A stretch of DNA of 56,025 bases, taken from the NCBI RefSeq assembly GCF_001194135.2, contig NC_069001.1:9682750-9738774 (forward strand), read 5' to 3'. The position numbers were made by a program, and so were the translations under genes. The DNA is from Octopus bimaculoides. Taxonomy: Eukaryota. Every line of letters begins with the position of its first letter. Position 1 is the first letter of the stretch. Of the stretch, positions 48,171-56,025 are shown one piece after another. The notes under the pieces are model-generated. The model was not told where the DNA came from and did not search any database. It saw only the letters and a program-made list of their open reading frames with translations.

Positions 48171-49851
48171 GACCTTAACCCTCGGGTGAAGATAACGCCT
48201 AACGGCCGACAGGGTTCTAGGGGATTACCATCTTCTGGCTCTATTTCTTAGTGTATTGCTCCCAATCATGGTGGATAATCTCGTTCAATGGAATCTTATT
48301 GAAATGAATAGATCAACCAGAACGCGAAGGAGTTTGAGGTCGAATTTGCCCACAACGAATGTTCAAAACCAAGTTTTTATAGTCTTTACCCGAATAGCTT
48401 CTTATCCGCGTTAACACCACGAATATCTCGAGTGGATTTGGGTGTTTTAGAAACTTGATTGAAAGCGAGGAGGGGCATTTTATTTCTAGATAAAACTCCA
48501 TCGTCAAATGTCCGAAAGAGGAGAAATTTACTCTAATTTCAAATATGTTAAACAAAAGTTGCAGCGAAAAATAATAGAGTTACAAAAGAAACAGAAAACA
48601 GAATAATACTGCTATTTCTGGTGTTAATAACATTAGTCAGACATGTTTGTGCGTATGCTTGCACATTCGCACAAACCACATACACACCTCTCTCGGTTCT
48701 CCACCCCATGCACACACATTGTGATAGACTTACACTTTAGTTTCCTCATGCTATAACTTGATTACTATCGGCTCTTATGTTTTGCTTTTTTAAGGTGTGA
48801 CATGCTGATCTTGATAACATAAGTGAATTTATTGCCGATGTTTGTATTTCATATTTGTTGCTTTTGGGAGTGATATAATCAACTCCATTACATTTACATC
48901 CAAAAGCGTTATTATTATAGTTTATCTAATGCGTTGCTTTTTGTTTCATTGGGACTAGTCGTAGTTAGATTATGGTTGTTTTTTTGTTTTTGTTTTTCCT
49001 GTTCGTGCTCTCGGCTGTTCATTTTAAATCTAACTAAAAACTACTCGTACAATTCATCAGAATTTTATGTGATTTTTGAAGATGATTTTTTAGCATCTCC
49101 AGGGACTGAAATAACTTTAAATTCTATTTAATAACTTCAATATAGTTTGTCTGGAAGTAAACTAACGCTGTGTTAACCTCGTTGATTAAACTTAAAGTTT
49201 CAGCCTCGAGGGCAATAGATATCTGGTTTCTTTTTTCCAATTTCTTATAAGTTGTGCTTTAACATGCAGCAGCAGAATACTTTTCTTTTACTTAGATGAA
49301 GACGATGCTGGAGTCGTTAGTTTTTAACAAACAACGAAGTAGAGAAAATGAAGAAAACTGTACGTAGTCTTTCCATTTAATAGAAATAGCAGCCAAATCT
49401 CCCTCAAATCCAACAAACTCATTGCCGTAAGGAAGTGAGACCTAGTTGCTAAAGTAATCGTACATACACCTATAAAAACATAATGTTTACGCGTCTTCGC
49501 CCTCGGCCTGATCAATATGGATTAATCTCATCTAGGGTTAACCAACAACAACAACAATATTAGCCCTAGAAGATAGGAGACCTCACAGCTTGTATTCTGT
49601 CAAAGGCAATTCATCTGACTCTTGGCTTGAGTAATTTACCATCAATAAACTGGTGAACTAGAGATAGATTTTTTTCCCCAAAGTTACAGACTTTGAGCAT
49701 GTTTGTGTTACCTGAAATTGTTACCTGACATTGGTTATTTTCAGTTCAGGGAATTTTATATGTAACCATAATCAATTTTGTGTATTTGTTTCTTTGCTAT
49801 TCTTGTTGGTGATTGATTTTCTTTACTGTTTATTTTTTCTCTAATCTTTTC

Positions 49852-50470
49852 AGGTGCAAGCGTGGATGTGTGGTAAGAGCTCTGCTGCCCAACCATATGG
49901 TTCCGGGTTGAGTTCCGCTGCATGGCACCTTGAACAACTAACTGTCTTCTACTAAAAAGCCTTGTGAGAAGATTTGGTTAATGGTAGCTGAAAGAAACCC
50001 GTCATATCTATCTATCTATCTATCTTATTTCTCTGTTGCCCACAAGGGGCTAAACGTAGAGGGGACAAACAAGGATAGACAAAGGGATTAAGCCGATTAC
50101 ATCGAACCCAGTGCGTAACTGGTACTTAATTTATCGACACCCAAAAGGATGAAAGGCAAAGTCGACATTCGGTGGAATTTGAACTCAGAACGTAACGTCA
50201 GACGAAATACCTCTAAGCATTTTGCCTGGCGTGTTAACGTCTCTGCCAGCTCACCGCCTTATCTATCTATCTGTCTATCTATCTATCTATCTATCTATCT
50301 ATGTGTGTGTGTGTGTGTGTGTTTCTGTCTGCGTTTGACCCCCACTACCGCTTGCCAGCTGGTATTGTTGTTTACGTCCCCGTAACATAGTGGTTCGGCA
50401 AAAGGAACCGATAGAATATGTACTAGGCTTACATTAAAAAAAAAAAAAAACAAGTCCTGGAATATCTGAT
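49852..50470 (+). mobile_element. SINE family B split by a nested SINE-A
   Basis: Head 49852-50005 and 3' part 50300-50470 flank (TCTA)n and the inserted A copy. Confidence 0.8.
50024..50259 (-). mobile_element. SINE family A, full length, long tail
   Basis: From TTATTTCTCTGTTGCCCACAAGGGGCTAAAC to TCTGCCAGCTCACCGCC. Confidence 0.9.
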
Positions 50471-50902
50471 CAGGACACTTTATAGTTATTTCTGGAGATA
50501 TAACTTTATGCATACACTTTTTTCAAATAATAAGGCTACGACCTAGTAGAATCGTTAGCACACCAGGCAAAACGCAAACGCACACACACACACACACATA
50601 CACACACATGCATGCGTGTTTATTTGAACTTATGCTTGCCAGTCGACGTCCACTTGAAACCCAGGCTACGTCTACTCCGATGATCAGTTGTTAGTGTGTC
50701 AGCGGATCTTCTGTGATGGTCAGCAATCGACGGCAAAGTGAGCTGAGCTGCTAAGAGCATCACACTAGCCCAGAGTGTGTATACATGAAACCGGAGACCA
50801 CATGGAATCTCTTGTTACCACTGAAACTCCGAACATGATCCTCACCAGCGAATGAAAACTACGGCTGTGATGTTCGGGTTATTGGAGTACGAAAGATAAT
50901 GT

Positions 50903-51145
50903 TATATTTCTTTCTTTATTGCCCACAAGGGGCTAAAAATAGATGGGACAAACAAGGACAGACAAAGGGAGTAAGTGGATTACATCGACCCCAGTGCGTA
51001 ACTGGTACTTATATAATCGACTCCGAAAGGATGAAAGACAAAGTTGACCTCGGCAGAATTTGAACTCAAAACGTAAAGGCAGGCGAAATACCACTAAGTA
51101 TTTCGCCCGACGTGCTAACGATTCTGCCAGCTCGCCGCCTTTATG
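50903..51145 (-). mobile_element. SINE family A, full length, long tail, 12-bp TSD
   Basis: GAAAGATAATGT at 50891-50902 and 51146-51157 flanks the element. Confidence 0.9.
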
Positions 51146-51873
51146 GAAAGATAATGTCATATTAAAACCACAAGTCTTATTGGAGACTGCCAGCCAGAGT
51201 TTTCTAGAGAAAATATAAATTTATTTCACCATTTTGCAAGTTGAGTGCAAGACCGTTGGTCAGTTGTCTTTTGATCAGATGACGTTTGAATAAGCGACCT
51301 CTTCAAATGTCATCTGTTCTAAAAGAAACTAACAAACGGACTTGTTTTAAACTGGATAAATGGCGACATAATTGCGGCCGACTGTCGGATGTAGTCAAGA
51401 TTCGTGAAGAGACGTAATGAACTTATTGGACGGAGGTGGCTAAACTCACTGCGGGTGAATGCCACCGCCAGTATAAATAAGTAACTAAGCTTCTTAACCA
51501 TACAGCCATGCGTGTGTGCAGTTTTTCGGTTTTAATCTTACATCTATTTCAGCCTTCGGGCTCTGGTTATGGCAAGACTTCATCATTAGAAATGTAAGCG
51601 TATACACACGATCCATCATACACAGAAAGACATACATACATACATACATACATACAGACAGACAGACACACATTCACACACATTTACAGACACTAGAATA
51701 CGGGACGAAAATCCAGTCAGCGATCTCAGATCCTCGAAGGAAGCGACTAAGTACAGGTGGTGGTAACGGGTAAAGTTCCCCGTTACGGCCAGCACCAACC
51801 AACACCAACACCGCGCTACTCAGCCTTCCGTACTGTAATGAGCGTAGATAAAGGCAAATGGCAGAAGTAAAAT

Positions 51874-51965
<92 letters not shown>

Positions 51966-51970
51966 CTATA

Positions 51971-52003
<33 letters not shown>

Positions 52004-52326
52004 GCATATTATGATTTATGTGTTGATAAATAATTATATGTAAGCATCTAGCCTCGTAAAGCGGAATTACTCACATTATCGTATTTATTTTGTTCACCTA
52101 AGCATGCTTAAGTGTATATATATAAAAAAAAAGAGTAATCGAACTTTGTACACAAGCATCTACATACGTGTATGTGTATGTGTACTATCAAAAGTGTTTT
52201 ACTCATTTTAAACTCAATTCCATGTTTATAATTGTATTAATGTTTATCAGTATCTCTCACACACTCGATGTGTGTGCTCGTATGTGTATGTGGGTGTATA
52301 CATACATATATATACACATGCATACG

Positions 52327-52359
<33 letters not shown>

Positions 52360-52514
52360 GCATGTGGGAACCTGTATAACATATATATATATATATATAT
52401 ATTTATAACGTATAACATTTTAATGTATATAGATAATTATACACACATATGTGCTTAAATTTAAATTTATATATATATATATATATATATAGTTACATAT
52501 ATACATATATGCTT

Positions 52515-52640
52515 CTATACATACATACAAACATACATATATACACGCATACATACATACATATATACACGCATACATACATACATATATACACGCATAC
52601 ATACATACATATATACACGCATACATACATACATATATAT
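52515..52640. repeat. 24-bp minisatellite (ATACATACATACATATATACACGC)n
   Basis: About 4-5 units inside a larger TA/CA-rich block. Confidence 0.85.
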
Positions 52641-53339
52641 ATATATATACACGCATACATACATGCATATGTACGTATGTATATACCACTCTTTTCCAAA
52701 TGAGTGGATGTCAGAGAAGCTATTTGTGGACCTTTGATTTGACAAACGATATTGCTGAATAATGGTGCCATAAATATAATGGCACTAAAGATATTGATAA
52801 GAACAATCTACTGATCCAGATGATGGTGGTAATGGTGGTGATGGCAATTCTGACGACATTGACGACGACAACCAGGAACAAAATTGAGGATGAAGCTCAG
52901 TAGAGGTGAGAGTGGTAGTTTCACATAGGTGAAACAACAGGGAGTTAATGATGGTAATGATGATGATGATGACGATGCTACAGCGCGCGTGTGTATGTAT
53001 AAAGACACACACACATACACACGAATTCACAGCAAGTTAGAAAAATATATTACTCGAATACGGAAGGCAGAGCAATATGTTGTTTTATTAAAGCGGAAAA
53101 AACATCACAAAAACTCCTACTGAGAGTTTCACAATCCCGTTCGTCGTACTGTTGTGGTCAAACATCCACAACTATCTGACGAGGGGAACGTGAATCTCTG
53201 AGCTGTAGTTCTTGTGATGGTTTTACAGCTTTCATAAAAAAAGCACGCACACAGACAGACACAGACACAGACAAACACACAGACACACACACACACACAT
53301 CATTTTTAGCTGCCAGAATCGTTAGGTTGCCGATCGACC

Positions 53340-53699
53340 CCAAAGGGATTAAGTCGATTAAATCGAGTGGTACTTAATTTATCAACCCCGAAAGGATGAA
53401 AGGCAAAGTCAACCTCGGCGGAATTTGAACTCAGAACGTAACGGCAGACGAAATACCGTTAAGCATTTCGCCCGGCATGCTAACGTTTCTTATTTCTTTA
53501 TTGCCCGCAAGGGGACAAACATAGAGGGGACAAACAAGGACAGACAAAGGAATTAAGTCGATTACATCGACCCCAGTGCGTAACTGGTACTTAATTTATT
53601 GACCCCGAAAGGATGAAAGGCAAAGTCGACTTCGGCGGAATTTGAACTCAGAACGTAACGGCAGAGGAAATACCGCTAAGCATTTCGCCCGGCGTGCTA
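53340..53699 (-). mobile_element. SINE-A dimer (long-tail copy joined to a head-truncated copy)
   Basis: Copy 53489-53699 ends AATAAAGAAATAA on the minus strand and directly abuts GAAACGTTAGCA of copy 53340-53488. Confidence 0.88.
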
Positions 53700-53739
53700 A
53701 GAATGTAACATTGTGATACTTCATGTAAAGTAAATATAA

Positions 53740-53942
53740 CAAATGAAAAATCCTTCAAGAATCCATAAAAATTCCCGGATCACTACCAAAATTTTATCAT
53801 ATGTTTCTCGTGTCATTTCTAACTTTTCCTGCAAGTTTCACCAAATACCGTTCTCAAATTTTTGAGTTATTTTGCACACAGACGGACGCACGGACAAACC
53901 AATGCCGATGAAAACCTAACCTCCTTCCTTGGCGGAGATAAT
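53740..53942 (+). mobile_element. Helentron/DINE-1-like non-autonomous element, 3' part
   Basis: AAGTTTCACCAAAT motif, (GACG/GACA)n microsatellite, terminal AAAACCTAACCTCCTTCCTTGGCGGAGATAAT hairpin motif similar to HINE ends. Confidence 0.6.
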
Positions 53943-53959
53943 AATGGGATGATTTAACA

Positions 53960-54340
53960 GTAGCCTTTCTTAACAGCTGTAACTGGTATAACGTTGTTGT
54001 TTGCTAGACTTGTGATTAGTCGTTGTACATAATTTATGTGAGGGCTTTGTATGTTGTTGCAAGGCATGTTAGAAGTCTGTAATTACATAGCTGTATGGTG
54101 TTTTAATTTTAGGGATTAGAATGTTTTCCTCCCACCACGTCGTTATCCAGTCAGATGTTCATTCTGATCTGCTTAGCATTTCATTAAATATCTATGCTAC
54201 GTCTTTTTGTGTAGTAGTGAAATGCTTCAACCAGAAATAGCGTACAAGGCCTATTCCTGGCGTTTTCCAGTCGCTGATGGTTCTCAGTGCGTCGGTGACT
54301 TTCTGGCTGGTGACCCCAGACCATATCTGGGCTGTGTATA
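53960..54340 (-). pseudogene. Non-LTR reverse transcriptase remnant, R4/Dong-like (RLE type)
   Basis: Reads ISDWKTPG..YFWLKHF..*IFNEML..DWITT..ILIPK, then after a frameshift NYRLLTCLATTYKALT; matches the N-terminal RT motifs WKAPG..FWLK and NYRPITCL..YKLLT. Confidence 0.7.
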
Positions 54341-54554
54341 CCCTTTTCTTTCTTATTCGATGTGCATCTATTTTGCTGATGGGTCTTTTCTTTCTGATCC
54401 CTTAAGCCGTTATTCTTTATGTTTGATTTTCTGATATTGTTGGTATGGCTTTTATTATGTTTTATTTTTGCCTATGACTTTTGTTTTAAATTCGTTTCAG
54501 TCATGGGACAGCGGCCACGCAGGGGCATCGTCCTGAAGAATTTTTCGTCTAAGT

Positions 54555-54720
54555 GTTTTATTAGCCATAAACAGGCTATACAAAGATGCTTGACGATACA
54601 AGACAACACAACATAAGGACAGTACAAAACATAAACTCGGGGGAACTAAAATGATAAAAAGGGAGATCGAGTAAGAAGAAAAATAAAAGAAAACGAATGA
54701 TAGTATGAAAGAATAATAAA
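54555..54720 (-). mobile_element. Tx1/L1-like 3' UTR fragment
   Basis: Minus strand TTTTGTACTGTCCTTATGTTGTGTTGTCTTG..CATCTTTGTATAGCCTGTTTATGGCTAATAAAA is related to the SINE-A long tail and the 40755 tail. Confidence 0.45.
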
Positions 54721-54937
54721 ATGAGGCGCAATGCCCACTCGATCCCCGAAGTCGAGTGGTTACATTAATACATGAATTTTTTTACAGTCTTTTCTCTTTT
54801 CCATTTTTAAAATTAAAAGTTCACACAAAAAAATTATTCTTACAGTGTTTTCTCTTTTTACATTTTTAACATTAAAAGTTTACCACACAGCCACACACAC
54901 ATATATATATATAATATATATATATATACATGTATAT

Positions 54938-55076
54938 ACGTCTACCAAATCCACTCACAAGGCTTTGGTCGACCCGCTGCTATAGTAGAAGACACTTGCC
55001 TAAGTTTCTTTGCAGTGCGACTGCACCCAGAACCATGTGGCTGGCAAGGAAAATTCTAACTACACAGTCACTCCTA
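54938..55076 (-). mobile_element. SINE-B 5' half
   Basis: CGTCTACCAAATCCACTCACAAGGCTTTGGTCGACCC..AGAACCATGTGG. Confidence 0.8.
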
Positions 55077-55091
55077 ACATAAGCCAGTATA

Positions 55092-55421
55092 TCTATATAT
55101 ATAAAAATGAGAATGTGTGTCTGTCTGTGTGAATCCCTAAAACTCGAGAACTACGCAACCAATTTCATTCAAATTTTACACATGCCTTACTTAGGGTTCC
55201 AGTTGTGTTTTAGTCAAAAAAAGTTATTAACTTCTTGCAGAGTTCGAGCACACGGCAACATAATATCTCCTCCACTATTTAAGTATTACTTGTCAAAAGT
55301 GAAACAAAAACACTCATGTCAAATCCTTTCACTTTAAAAATGAAACTATTCCACTAACTGAAACAATCACATTTTGATACTGTAGTGACAGATACTTTCA
55401 CAGAGAGAGAAAGAGAGAAAG

Positions 55422-55452
<31 letters not shown>

Positions 55453-55515
55453 TGTATATGTATACATATACATGTATATGTACACCATTTCGATACTGTA
55501 ATGACAGATACTTTC

Positions 55516-55570
<55 letters not shown>

Positions 55571-56025
55571 AAGAGAGAGAGAGAAAGAGAGAAAGAGAGA
55601 GAGAAAGAGAGACAAAGAGAGAGAGAGAAAGAGAGAGAGACAAAGAGAGAGAGAAAGAGAGAGAGAGAGATGTATATATGCATATAGATGTACACGTATA
55701 TGTATATATATATATATAGATCTATACATACATGTATATGTATACATATGTGTAGATGTATATATATATATATAGATGTACATGTAATATGTACACATAT
55801 ATACATATATACATGCATACAGATATCTATACATATATACACCCACCACACACACATACACATACACATGCACACACACACACACATTAGTCATTTGTTT
55901 TCTTATCCAAAACTACGTCAAAAGTACTGAATGGATCTTTATGAAATTTGGAAATTATATTCTTTGCATAACGGCCATAACTCCCATGAAAATTCATATA
56001 TTTTTGATGTTGATGAAATTTTAAC
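55092..56025 (+). mobile_element. Non-autonomous Helitron-like element, 5' end, running off the window
   Basis: A|TC start TCTATATATATAAAAATGAGAATGTGTGTCTGTCTG, then CAACCAATTTCATTCAAATTTTACAC; internal duplication of GATACTGTA.TGACAGATACTTTCA; (GA)n expansions. Continuity through the microsatellites is assumed. Confidence 0.6.

Noticed and set aside
48313-48555. 80-aa ORF next to the mariner remnant
   Set aside because: No transposase motif; possibly non-coding transposon sequence, not assignable.
768-55930. Most entries in the ORF track (YIYI, CVCV, HTHT, SLSL, ERER peptides and X-filled ORFs)
   Set aside because: They are translations of microsatellites or N-gaps and show no coding signal.

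Overview
AT-rich, microsatellite-dense animal genomic DNA from a short-read assembly with about 25 N-gaps, most next to simple repeats. The tRNA-derived SINE repertoire suggests an octopus genome (inference from recalled families, not a database result). The only recognisable host coding sequence is one minus-strand exon of an LMO4-like LIM-domain-only gene (exon 6061-6352, encoding LIM1). Its LIM2 exon is not visible, so the rest of the window is probably intron or upstream sequence. It holds about 30 SINE copies assembled from interchangeable head, core and tail modules (A, B, C, D/E are my labels), plus LINE remnants (CR1-like x2, Tx1-like, R4/Dong-like RT, Penelope-like), a decayed mariner transposase, several MITEs and Helitron/Helentron-type non-autonomous elements. 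Best leads: (1) a decayed ~2.6 kb single-ORF retroelement with no RT (HAL1-like) that shares its 3' tail with SINE-A and contains a frame-preserving GT-AG intron; (2) SINE-A copies inserting into SINE-A, with the same junction at two loci; (3) a locally born satellite of SINE tRNA heads (tandem B-boxes, two-tier structure); (4) a SINE-B/CR1 3' hairpin with compensatory changes; (5) a pre-miRNA-like hairpin at 51267-51326. Repeat boundaries are read by eye and may be off by 10-20 nt.
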